A stretch of DNA of 32,000 bases from Halomicronema hongdechloris C2206. Its GTDB lineage: Bacteria; Cyanobacteriota; Cyanobacteriia; Phormidesmidales; Phormidesmidaceae. Numbering within the stretch: position 1 is the stretch's first letter; every line of letters starts with the position of its first letter. The notes beneath the pieces were generated by a model, which was not told the origin of the DNA, ran no database searches, and saw only the letters and a list, made by a program, of their open reading frames with translations. Shown in pieces: positions 9,701-18,184 of the stretch. The position numbers and the translations under genes were made by a program. The DNA is taken from positions 2,730,001 to 2,762,000 of the forward strand of contig NZ_CP021983.2 of assembly GCF_002075285.3 (NCBI RefSeq). The letters are read 5' to 3'.

Positions 9701-10075
9701 ATGACGTCTTCCTTATCCCAGGCGCTGGATCAGTTTGCTCAGCAGTTAACCGTGCTACACCAGCAGAGTCGCCAGGCGAATCCGGATGGTCGCCACCTAC
9801 AGGCACTGTTCCTGACGACTCAGCAGCAGTTTCAGGCGTTTCTGGCCCTAGTAGAACAGACAGAGTTAACTACGGCGGTGGAGGTGCCGTTGCGATCGCT
9901 GCAGACGGAGGTGAACCGTCATTTGCGGTTGTTGGGTATGGATGTGGCGTTCTTGCAGGCGGCCCGGCAGCCTCAGACGGTACAGCAGCGGCAGGCCCAA
10001 ATGGGCGATCGCATCCGGACGCTGGAGCAATTTTGTCAGGGGTTACAGCAGACCCTAGCCCAGGAAAAGCCGTAA
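9701..10075 (+). CDS. Conserved cyanobacterial 124-aa helical protein, possibly PatD family (heterocyst frequency control protein-like)
   Basis: Intact ORF rich in Gln and Leu. The LQTEVNRHLRLLGMDVAFLQAARQPQTVQQRQ..LEQFCQGL block matches my recollection of PatD-family proteins. This is not verified by any search. Confidence 0.45.
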   Translation: MTSSLSQALDQFAQQLTVLHQQSRQANPDGRHLQALFLTTQQQFQAFLALVEQTELTTAVEVPLRSLQTEVNRHLRLLGMDVAFLQAARQPQTVQQRQAQMGDRIRTLEQFCQGLQQTLAQEKP

Positions 10076-10139
10076 TTGGGCTAGAAACAGAGCAGCTCAA
10101 TGGTTTAATGGTTAAGAATAACTGGCGAGGAGCAACGGC

Positions 10140-10708
10140 TTGTATCAATGTCCCAAAGAGGGTCAGGTTGACCTGGTTGCAGGCCCCCTCTCTACAGACT
10201 TGAAAGCTTACTGCTGTGAGAGTTGTGGTGGAGCCTGGATTGCTAAAGATACCTATCGCACCTGGCAGCAACAACAGCCAGCTTCGATTCCAACCTTGCC
10301 CGAGCGATTACCCACGGCCCAAGACGTTCAGTTTCAACCGGCCCCCTTTGATAGTCGGGCGGCCCTGTGCCCGGCCTGTCGTCACTATATGGTGCGAGGC
10401 CGGGTGAATTTGCAGGATGGAATGTTTTTTGTAGAGCGGTGCCCCAACTGCGAGGGATCTGGTGCGATCGCGGCGAGTGGGACGTATTACAACGGCTGGG
10501 GCTGGACACCCATATTGAGGATATTTTTTCTGGGGATTGGCAAGCCCAAATGCGGGCCTTAGAGCAAGCTGATCGAGAGCGTCAGGCCCTGCGGGAGAAA
10601 ATGGGGCCAGAGTTAGCTGCTCAGATCTTTGAGTTGGCTGATCGGCTGGAGCAACATCCCAACGGGGATTTTGGCGTGGCCTATTTGATGCGACGCTTTG
10701 AGGAGTGA
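10140..10708 (+). pseudogene. Zinc-ribbon (TFIIB-type zf) domain protein, one frameshift
   Basis: There are two CxxC-type ribbons (CPKEG..CCESCGGAWIAKDTY and CPACRHY..CPNCEG|IWCDRGEWDVLQRLGL). ORFs 10140..10562 and 10367..10708 join if one G is added to the run at 10454-10456. Confidence 0.7.
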
Positions 10709-10711
10709 GCC

Positions 10712-12333
10712 TTGGTGTTTGAACTCAGCCATGTGCGGGTGGCCTATCCTGGTCAAGAGCGCTGGGCCGTTGATGGCGTCTCATTGACCTTGGCTGCCGG
10801 AGAGAAGCTGGGGTTGGTAGGGGAGTCGGGCTGCGGTAAGAGCACGTTGGGACGGGCCGCCTTGCGACTGCTGCCCCCCCAGAGCCAGGTGCAAGGAGAG
10901 GTCTGGTTCAATGGCGAGGCCGTGCTGGAATTTACGCCCCAGCGGTTGCGGCAGTTTCGGGGGGAGGCCATTGCCCTGGTATTTCAAGACCCGATGACAC
11001 GGCTGGATCCGCTGATTGACCATTGGGGATCACTGCTTGGAGACCCTGCGGGCCCATCGTGCCAATCTATCCGGCGCGGCGGCCAAACAACGGGCGCTTC
11101 AGGTGTTGGAGGCGGTTAGCATCCCGGCCAGCCGTTGGAGCCAGTATCCCCATGAATTCAGTGGCGGCATGCGGCAACGGGTGGCCATTGCCCTGGCGTT
11201 GTTGTTAGAGCCTAGGGCTGATTGTGGCCGATGAGCCGACAACCAGCCTGGATGTCACAGTGGCGGCACAGATCTTGCAGGAACTCACCCGATTGTGCCA
11301 GGAATTTTCGACGGCCCTGATGCTAATTTCCCATGATCTATCACTGGTGGCGGAGTATTGCGATCGCATCGCGGTCATGTACGACGGCCAGCTGGTGGAA
11401 ATGGGGCAGGCTCAGCAGGTGTTGTACCAGCCCCAGCATGACTACAGCCGCACCCTGGTAGAATCGGCTCTGCATTTGCAACGGGCGCCGGGCAATGCCG
11501 CCTCAGAGACCGACCGGGATCCCCTATTACAGGTACACGATCTGACCCAGCACTACACCCTGGAGCAAACTCTGCTGGCCCGTTGTCTAGGTGGGCAGCA
11601 CAACCAGGTGATCAAGGCAGTAGATGGCGTTTCTTTTGACCTTTATCCGGGGGAAATTCTGGGACTGGTGGGGGAGTCGGGTTGTGGTAAAAGCACCCTA
11701 TGCCGCAGTATTCTGCAATTGGTGCGGCCCACGGCAGGACGGGTGGACTTCCGGGGCCAAGATCTGAGTCAGCTATCGACCGCGGAGCTGTTGCCCCAGC
11801 GGCGACATTTGCAGATGATTTTTCAGGATCCCCGTGCCTGCTTGAATCCGATGATGACGGTGGGTCGGGGAATCATCGATCCCCTTTTGATTCATGGGCT
11901 AGCCAGTGCTCAGGAGGCGGCAGCCCATGGCCGCGCCATGCTAGAGCGGGTGGGCCTGATCCCCACCCAGGACTATGTCCACCGCTATCCGGGTGATCTC
12001 TCCGGGGGCCAACAACAGCGGGTAGCCATCGCCCGGGCCTTGATTACCCGCCCCAAATTGCTCATCTGCGATGAACCCGTGAGCATGCTGGATGCCACTG
12101 TGCAGGCCCAGGTGCTACAGCTGATGCTGGAGTTGAAGCAGGAGTTTGACCTGACCTATTTGTTTATTACCCATGACCTCTGGGTGGCTAAGTTTTTGTG
12201 CGATCGCATCGCCGTCATGCAGGCCGGCAAACTCGTAGAAATTGGCCCCACCCAGCAAATCTTCAATCAGCCCCAGCATCCCTACACCCAGACCCTGTTA
12301 CAGGCTGCTCCCTTGCTGGCCAAGGTCGCCTAG
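10712..12333 (+). pseudogene. ABC transporter ATP-binding protein with two fused ATPase domains (DppD/DppF, oligopeptide/nickel-type), two frameshifts in the first domain
   Basis: Walker A GESGCGKST occurs twice. Signature motifs are FSGGMRQRVAIALAL and [15 protein letters not shown]. Walker B motifs are LIVADEPTTSLD and [12 protein letters not shown]. The three track ORFs (10712..11119, 11016..11234, 11224..12333) join after correcting an extra T at about 11016-11017 and an extra G at about 11215-11217. Confidence 0.85.
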
Positions 12334-12353
12334 AGAACTATCTAGAGAACTAT
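12330..12353. repeat. Perfect 12-bp tandem duplication (ctagagaactat x2) abutting the tRNA-Leu 3' end
   Basis: Read directly at 12330-12341 and 12342-12353. Copy 1 contains the ABC gene stop codon (tag 12331-12333). The last base of copy 2 is the tRNA discriminator position. Confidence 0.9.
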
Positions 12354-12434
12354 GCGGATGGCGAGACTCGAACTCGCAAGGCTATCGCCACACGCCCCTC
12401 AAGCGTGCGTGTCTACCAATTCCACCACATCCGC
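12353..12434 (-). tRNA. tRNA-Leu (anticodon GAG), class II with long variable arm
   Basis: The reverse complement folds by hand: acceptor GCGGATG/CATCCGC, anticodon stem CACGC/GCGTG with loop TTGAGGG (anticodon GAG), variable arm TGGCGATAGCCTT, T-arm GCGAG TTCGAGT CTCGC, discriminator A. No encoded CCA. Confidence 0.9.
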
Positions 12435-12746
12435 ATGCCACATCCGCCGCGCAGTATATCCCTATCGCTACCTGAGATAGGCACCAGTCATAGCGTATCG
12501 ATTTCTAACAATAGATCATAATCGCCCCTTTGCCACGGAAAATTTTTCTGGACGGCGCCGCCACCGCCCCGGCAGGGCTAAGGAGTAGCCCCGTGGTAGG
12601 ATGAGCTACCGTCATCCATGGTAGAGTCCCGGCGTCTTCCCCTGGAACAGCCTTTCTGCTTTGCCCTGCGACCGGCGTTTCATAGGGACGGTTCCCCAGT
12701 GGTGCTGTGGGCTACCAATCTGTATCAAAGGACCCGATTCGATCTG

Positions 12747-14093
12747 ATGCGCTTTTCCAAGATATTGATCGCCAATCGCGGGGAAATCGCTCTTCGCATT
12801 CTCAGAACCTGTGAAGAGATGGGCATTGCTACCGTGGCGGTGCACTCTACTGTCGATCGCCATGCGCTGCATGTACAGCTGGCCGATGAAGCCGTCTGCA
12901 TTGGAGAATCTCCCAGCAGCAAGAGTTATCTAAATATCCCCAACATCATTGCGGCAGCCTTTACCCGCAATGCCAGCGCCATCCATCCCGGCTATGGGTT
13001 CTTGGCGGAGAACGCACGCTTTGCTGAAATTTGCGCTGACCACAAGATCACCTTTATCGGCCCGACGCCAGAGGTAATGCGGGCCATGGGGGATAAGTCT
13101 ACCGCTAAGGAAACCATGCAGCAGGTGGATGTGCCTATCGTGCCCGGCAGTGAGGGGCTGCTGACGGATGAGCGCGAGGCCTTTGCGATCGCAAACTCCA
13201 TTGGTTATCCCGTCATGATCAAAGCTACCGCCGGTGGCGGTGGCCGTGGCATGCGTCTGGTGCAAGATGACAGCACCCTCAGCAAGCTTTTCTTGGCCGC
13301 CCAAGGGGAAGCAGAGGCCGCCTTTGGCGATCCTGGCGTCTATCTAGAAAAATTTATCGAACGCCCCCGCCACATAGAATTTCAAATTCTAGCCGACAGC
13401 TATGGCAACGTCGTCCATTTGGGAGAACGGGATTGTTCCATTCAGCGGCGGCACCAAAAACTCCTGGAAGAATCCCCCAGTCCCGCCCTCACCCCGGAAC
13501 TCCGCCAGCGCATGGGGAATGCCGCCGTGCGGGCGGCCCAGGCCATTAACTACGTAGGGGCCGGCACCATTGAATTCCTGCTGGATGCTAAAGGGGATTT
13601 TTACTTCATGGAAATGAACACCCGGATCCAGGTGGAACACCCCGTCACTGAAATGGTCACAGGCCTCGACCTGATTGCCGAGCAGATTCGCGTGGCTCAA
13701 GGAGAGCCCCTATCCTTCACCCAGAAAGAAGTCACCCTGCGCGGCCATGCCATCGAGTGCCGCATCAATGCCGAAGATCCCGACCATAATTTCCGCCCCC
13801 ATCCCGGTCGCATCAATGGTTATTTACCCCCCGGAGGATTGGGGGTGCGAGTGGATTCCCACGTGTACACCGACTATGAAATTCCCCCCTACTACGATTC
13901 CTTAGTGGGTAAGTTAATCGTCTGGGGACCCGACCGACCCACTGCCATCAGGCGGGCTAAACGAGCCCTGCGGGAATTTGCCATCACCGGCTTACCCACC
14001 ACCATCGGGTTTCACCAGCAGGTGCTAGAGCAACCCGACTTTATTCGCGGCGATGTCTATACCAACTTCGTCAACCAGATGCTGGAATCCTAG
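12747..14093 (+). CDS. accC: Acetyl-CoA carboxylase, biotin carboxylase subunit
   Basis: [66 protein letters not shown]. The sequence is a full-length 448-aa ATP-grasp enzyme. The start is taken at the internal ATG at 12747 of ORF 12618..14093. Confidence 0.95.
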   Translation: MRFSKILIANRGEIALRILRTCEEMGIATVAVHSTVDRHALHVQLADEAVCIGESPSSKSYLNIPNIIAAAFTRNASAIHPGYGFLAENARFAEICADHKITFIGPTPEVMRAMGDKSTAKETMQQVDVPIVPGSEGLLTDEREAFAIANSIGYPVMIKATAGGGGRGMRLVQDDSTLSKLFLAAQGEAEAAFGDPGVYLEKFIERPRHIEFQILADSYGNVVHLGERDCSIQRRHQKLLEESPSPALTPELRQRMGNAAVRAAQAINYVGAGTIEFLLDAKGDFYFMEMNTRIQVEHPVTEMVTGLDLIAEQIRVAQGEPLSFTQKEVTLRGHAIECRINAEDPDHNFRPHPGRINGYLPPGGLGVRVDSHVYTDYEIPPYYDSLVGKLIVWGPDRPTAIRRAKRALREFAITGLPTTIGFHQQVLEQPDFIRGDVYTNFVNQMLES

Positions 14094-14113
14094 CGCAGGC
14101 AGCCGGCTGAGAG

Positions 14114-14398
14114 TTATCCCACCAGGCGTAACAATCCTTGCTGCCCGACCAGTAACTCCCGCAGTAGGGTGACGATCCCTACCCAGATGATCGGCGAGAT
14201 ATCGACGCCACCAATGGGAGGGACAACCTTGCGGACCGGAATTAAGAAAGGTTCCGTTGGCCAGGCCACCAGATTGTAGGGGAACCGATTCAAGTCCACT
14301 TGGGGATACCAGGTCAGGACGATCCGGAAAATAAATAACAGAGTCATCAGACCCAACAGAGGACCAAGCATCCAACTGGCAACAGTGGCTGGGCTCAT
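14114..14398 (-). CDS. yggT: YggT family membrane protein (Ycf19-like)
   Basis: 94 aa: LLFIFRIVLTWYPQVDLNRFPYNLVAWPTEPFLIPVRKVVPPIGGVDISPII. This is the characteristic YggT repeat. Confidence 0.85.
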   Translation of the reverse strand: MSPATVASWMLGPLLGLMTLLFIFRIVLTWYPQVDLNRFPYNLVAWPTEPFLIPVRKVVPPIGGVDISPIIWVGIVTLLRELLVGQQGLLRLVG

Positions 14399-14631
14399 GG
14401 GATCTCCCTATCCTTAACAGTTCTACATGATCTACTCTCATCATACCCCCGCCCCCCCGATGTCTTGGTAACTCGTTGTCATAGTCATTCCTGAGGCCAG
14501 TTAGGGAATTAGGGCGGATCAGGGATGCCTGTCGGTAGCATCAACTCCTGGGCCCAGGCAAAATCCCCAGAATTTCAGAATTTCTCTAGACTGGAGTCCT
14601 CGTCGACCGATGTTCAAGATCTGGCTCAGAC

Positions 14632-14660
14632 TGTTCAAATGTCCTTTAAGTCAGTAAAAT
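14632..14660 (+). promoter_or_regulatory. Candidate sigma70-type promoter for psbX
   Basis: TGTTCA (14632-14637), a 17-nt spacer, then TAAAAT (14655-14660), about 40 nt upstream of the psbX ATG. This is a sequence-pattern call only. Confidence 0.3.
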
Positions 14661-14700
14661 AAGTTGCAATTGTTTTTGTTAAGAGTACTCCTTTAAGATC

Positions 14701-14820
14701 ATGACACCTTCTCTTGCTAACTTCCTGTGGAGCCTGTTTTGGGGAACCATCATTTTAGTGGTTCCCATCACTGCTGCTCTTGTCTTCATCAGTCAGCGGG
14801 ATAAAATTCAGCGCTCTTGA
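14701..14820 (+). CDS. psbX: Photosystem II reaction centre protein X
   Basis: My translation is [39 protein letters not shown] (39 aa). It is near-identical in pattern to known cyanobacterial PsbX ([18 protein letters not shown]). It is too short for the ORF track. Confidence 0.9.
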   Translation: MTPSLANFLWSLFWGTIILVVPITAALVFISQRDKIQRS

Positions 14821-14861
14821 GGAATGGCCCTGCCGCTATTCACTCAAATCTGTTAGGGTTG

Positions 14862-14897
14862 GGGGACGCATCCAGGATGCGCCCCTCTTTGTGTTTA
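14862..14897 (+). terminator. Rho-independent terminator candidate downstream of psbX
   Basis: Hairpin ggggacgcat / atgcgcccc (one bulged A) at 14862-14885, followed by tctttgtgttt. Confidence 0.55.
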
Positions 14898-14986
14898 CTC
14901 TGTTGTTTACTCTGTATCGACGCGATTTGAAGGTCTCTCAAGACCAGCGTTAGAATTTAGGCGCTAGCTAGAGTAGTAGGTCTGCA

Positions 14987-15790
14987 ATGGTCAATATTGG
15001 CTTCTCCTTTGCCAGCTTGATGGGCATTGTCCTGGCGGTATCTGGGGCTGGGCTATATTTTTTGCGGTCGTTTCGGCCCAATCTAGCCCGTGACCATGAT
15101 GTTTTCTTTGCCGCCGTTGCCCTAGGAGCCGGGGGAATTCTCTTCTTCAACGGCTGGCGACTGGATCCAATCTTGCAGTTTGGCCAGTTGTTAATGGTGG
15201 GCTCGGCCATTTTCTTTGCTGTAGAGAGCATTCGGATGCGGGGACTGGCTACGGAGCAAGCCAAGCGGCGGACTCCAGTTGTTGACGATGAGCGACCCGT
15301 CAGCCGCGTCTATCGGGCGGAGCTAGATGACTGGGAGCAGGTGAACGAGCGTGTCAATACTCGCCGGATTCGTGGCTCTCGCGACGACATGGAGGATGAT
15401 TACGAAGAGGACTATCGGCGCCGGCCAGCGCCGAGTAGTCGTAGCTCAGTCAGTCGGCTTAACCCCAGCAGCGACCGGATTCGCCGCCGCCGCCCTCGCC
15501 CCGATGGCCGGATTAGCGATGCTCGCAGCGAGTCCATGGGCAACGATGTCCCTCCTTCTCGCTGGGATGATGAGCCCCCCTCTCGCCGCCCCCGTCGCCC
15601 CGATGGCCCTCGTCCAAGCCGCTCAGAAGATGTCTATGGCCGCTCGGAAGACGCCTATGGTCGCCCTCCTAAAGCTGGACGCACCTATCGGCCAGAGCGC
15701 TCCGGAGATGGAGCCTCTGATTATGTGGACTATCGACCGGTTGACTATTCCGATGAAGACATAGATCGGCCGGCTGACTACGGCTATTGA
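14987..15790 (+). CDS. ycf66: Ycf66 family protein with a long Arg/Asp/Pro-rich disordered C-terminal tail
   Basis: The N-terminal roughly 85 aa form a membrane domain (MVNIGFSFASLMGIVLAVSGAGLYFLRSFRPNLARDHDVFFAAVALGAGGILFFNGWRLDPILQFGQLLMVGSAIFFAVESIRMR), typical of Ycf66_N. The position next to psbX fits known synteny. Confidence 0.8.
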   Translation: MVNIGFSFASLMGIVLAVSGAGLYFLRSFRPNLARDHDVFFAAVALGAGGILFFNGWRLDPILQFGQLLMVGSAIFFAVESIRMRGLATEQAKRRTPVVDDERPVSRVYRAELDDWEQVNERVNTRRIRGSRDDMEDDYEEDYRRRPAPSSRSSVSRLNPSSDRIRRRRPRPDGRISDARSESMGNDVPPSRWDDEPPSRRPRRPDGPRPSRSEDVYGRSEDAYGRPPKAGRTYRPERSGDGASDYVDYRPVDYSDEDIDRPADYGY

Positions 15791-15908
15791 TCCTAATTTT
15801 TCTCTCGTTATCCAACTCCTCAGCCTATTGCACTCCTAATATAGGCTTTATTGCCATTTAGCAAGGACACTGGGACAACGTTTGCCACTCTAATTTACAG
15901 CGTAGGCA

Positions 15909-16418
15909 CTACACCCTCTTCCAAGGACGCCGCCTCAAAGCGCGTTTCAACGCCATTAACTGACTCAGCCACCAACGGGCCGGAGGGCCAAAGAACGCAA
16001 AGATATCGCCATACGCTTTGCGAGCATCTCGATGATGTTGCCAGTGGCGTTCTGGAGTAGTGATGCCGCATACCCGGCAGATCTGCTGGATAGCGGGGGG
16101 GGTTTGGTAGTCAAGAGCAAACTGATGTCGCCAGATGACATGTAACTCCGCTACTGCTAACCCTAGCAGCACTCCTACAGGAGATAGAGACCACAACCAA
16201 GGAATGAACATCAAATAGGGGAATGCTCCCAGGAATCCATCAATCAAGGCAATGGGGCGGCGATGATGGATAGCATAACGGATGAAGCTGCGGTTGGGAC
16301 TGTGGTGAACAATGGCATGAAATTTGCCAAAGACATGGCCCGGCACATGATAGCCAAAGGTACCGACGAAATCTCCCAGCAACAATAGTAAAAACGCAGT
16401 TAGGACAATGCTAACCAT
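15909..16418 (-). CDS. Fatty acid hydroxylase / sterol desaturase superfamily membrane protein (small)
   Basis: 169 aa and hydrophobic, with clustered His boxes HVPGH, HAIVHH, HHRR, HVIWRH and HWQHH, as expected for di-iron membrane hydroxylases/desaturases. Confidence 0.6.
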   Translation of the reverse strand: MVSIVLTAFLLLLLGDFVGTFGYHVPGHVFGKFHAIVHHSPNRSFIRYAIHHRRPIALIDGFLGAFPYLMFIPWLWSLSPVGVLLGLAVAELHVIWRHQFALDYQTPPAIQQICRVCGITTPERHWQHHRDARKAYGDIFAFFGPPARWWLSQLMALKRALRRRPWKRV

Positions 16419-16515
16419 AGGTAGAATAACCTATTCCTCACACCTCGCCGCCACCATAACAGGCACATGTTAAAAATGATTTAATGTTTGGTTTAGGCTG
16501 GGTGATTATCGGCGG

Positions 16516-16875
16516 TTGCCCTACGCTTTATCGCGTTTAGCAGTCCGTTACAGGTATGACAGCATGGCGACCTTGGCCCTCGTTTTAACGACTGCATCCG
16601 CTGTGAATTCTGCCCTGCCGACAGACTCAGGTGAGTTCACTGGGTTAGTTAGCACGCTGATTATCTTGCTGTTGGTCGCAACAGCTGTGGCCTTGGTCAC
16701 CCGTCAACTGCGCATTCCTTATGTGGTACGTGTCATCGATCGACCGCTGCCCCTGCGTTGGCAGCACGTTTTGATTATGGGAAATGTCAAGGGGTCCCTG
16801 GCGATGGCCCTGGCGGTTAGCCTGCCGTTGAGCAAAACCGCCGCGCATCCTACGAATGAAAGCGGAGCGTCATAA
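16516..16875 (+). pseudogene. Relic of a CPA1 (NhaP-type) Na+/H+ antiporter with a large internal deletion
   Basis: An N-terminal TM1 (LIILLLVATAVALVTRQLRIPYVV) is joined at about 16727-16740 directly to a late-TM motif (PLRWQHVLIMGNVKGSLAMALAVSLP). Roughly 300 aa of transporter core and the C-terminus are missing. Confidence 0.55.
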
Positions 16876-16977
16876 CTCCAGGACTTAGCGTCATGAGCTG
16901 AGCATTCACGAGAGAAACAGGCGTGATTCCAGCCCCATAGGGACACGCTACTTGCTTGTCTGTCCGCCGCTCTCCGG

Positions 16978-16997
16978 CCTAATTTCCGTCCTAATTT
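16978..16997 (+). promoter_or_regulatory. Direct repeat CCTAATTT-N4-CCTAATTT upstream of the response-regulator gene
   Basis: Copies at 16978-16985 and 16990-16997 (12-bp register), about 80-100 nt upstream of the ATG at 17078. A TAATAT -10-like hexamer lies about 30 nt before the ATG. The binding function is inferred only. Confidence 0.25.
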
Positions 16998-17077
16998 AGG
17001 ATCTTTTTAGATGGAGACCGTGGGGATGTCCCAACGTTAAGCGGTAATATAACTGTGTAAGATTTTGAGTTGAATCT

Positions 17078-17839
17078 ATGACTTCGCTGGAACTCTCTGC
17101 TCAGTTTCAGCCGAATCTGCGGGTCGGCTTGGGGCGAGTTCTCATTGTTGAAGACGAAGCGCTGATTCGTGACACCGTAGGATTGGCCCTAGCTGAAGAA
17201 GGCTTTGAGATTTTAATTGCGGAGGATGGGCTTACAGCTCTTGATATGCTCGGGGGTAGTGCCAATGGCTCGCGAGCAGCTGTTCCAGAGATTAACCTGG
17301 TTATCCTAGACTTGATGCTACCGGGTATGAATGGGCTTGATCTGTGTCGCTTGGTACGGCACCAGGGTTTGGATATCCCCATTTTGATTCTTAGTGCTAA
17401 GGGCACTGAGACAGATCGGGTGGTGGGGCTTGAGATTGGTGCCGATGACTATTTAACTAAGCCCTTTGGCATGCGGGAGCTCATCGCCCGTTGTCGAGCC
17501 CTGTTGCGGCGACACCAAGGGAGCTGCCATCAAGAATCGGAGCCGGTGCTACGCTTTCAGGAAATTGCCCTGCACCCGAGGGAATGCCGTGTCTTCATCG
17601 GTCGCCAGGAAGTGAATCTGTCGCCGAAAGAGTTTCGCATCCTAGAACTGTTCATGAGCCAACCTCGCCGAGTTTGGTCTCGAGATCAAATCATCGATCA
17701 GGTTTGGGGCCATGACTTCATGGGCGATAACAAGACGGTGGATGTGCATATCCGCTGGATTCGCGAGAAGTTAGAAGCAGACCCTAGCAATCCACAGTAC
17801 CTGAAGACAGTGCGGGGATTTGGTTATCGGCTGGGCTAG
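17078..17839 (+). CDS. OmpR-family DNA-binding response regulator (receiver + winged helix)
   Basis: VLIVEDEALIRD..LVILDLMLPGMNGLDLCR..ILILSAKG..GADDYLTKPFGMRELIARCRALLRR, then the trans-reg C domain (LSPKEFRILELF..TVDVHIRWIREKLE..YLKTVRGFGYRL). No histidine kinase lies nearby. Confidence 0.9.
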   Translation: MTSLELSAQFQPNLRVGLGRVLIVEDEALIRDTVGLALAEEGFEILIAEDGLTALDMLGGSANGSRAAVPEINLVILDLMLPGMNGLDLCRLVRHQGLDIPILILSAKGTETDRVVGLEIGADDYLTKPFGMRELIARCRALLRRHQGSCHQESEPVLRFQEIALHPRECRVFIGRQEVNLSPKEFRILELFMSQPRRVWSRDQIIDQVWGHDFMGDNKTVDVHIRWIREKLEADPSNPQYLKTVRGFGYRLG

Positions 17840-18184
17840 GCGACTTTAAAGCTGCCCAGCATAGGTGGGATGGAATAATCGATCTGCCCCGCTGGCTCTG
17901 GGGCCGCACCTGGGGAAAAGCCACGACTGGGTTGACTGTGGAGAACCGTCTAGGATCAGACGTGATTCTAGAACTACGCCGCCGTGGTCATCCCGTCTAT
18001 GCTTTTAGTGTGATGCCGATCAGGGTAGAGGTAAACATCTGTCACGGCGATGGCAACTCAGCATCACGGCCAGGGAACGATGAAATCACGACCTTGGCAG
18101 GATGGATATCACCCCCCATTGTTGTTGCCAACGTCATGATGTATTCATGCACCCAAGGAGCTTCCCCATGACCCCCCAACAAGT

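Noticed and set aside
9691-10274. 170-aa (+) and 134-aa (-) ORFs overlapping the PatD-like gene
   Set aside because: They are Gly/Ala/Pro-rich off-frame or antisense readings. The 124-aa frame has the coherent helical sequence.
15351-15764. 137-aa alternative-frame ORF inside ycf66
   Set aside because: It is an off-frame reading of the Arg/Pro/Asp-rich tail region, giving an Ala/Met/Leu-rich product with no independent start signals.
17932-18171. 79-aa ORF downstream of the response regulator
   Set aside because: No ribosome-binding site and no recognisable motifs. It lies in what is probably decayed sequence downstream of the exporter relic.
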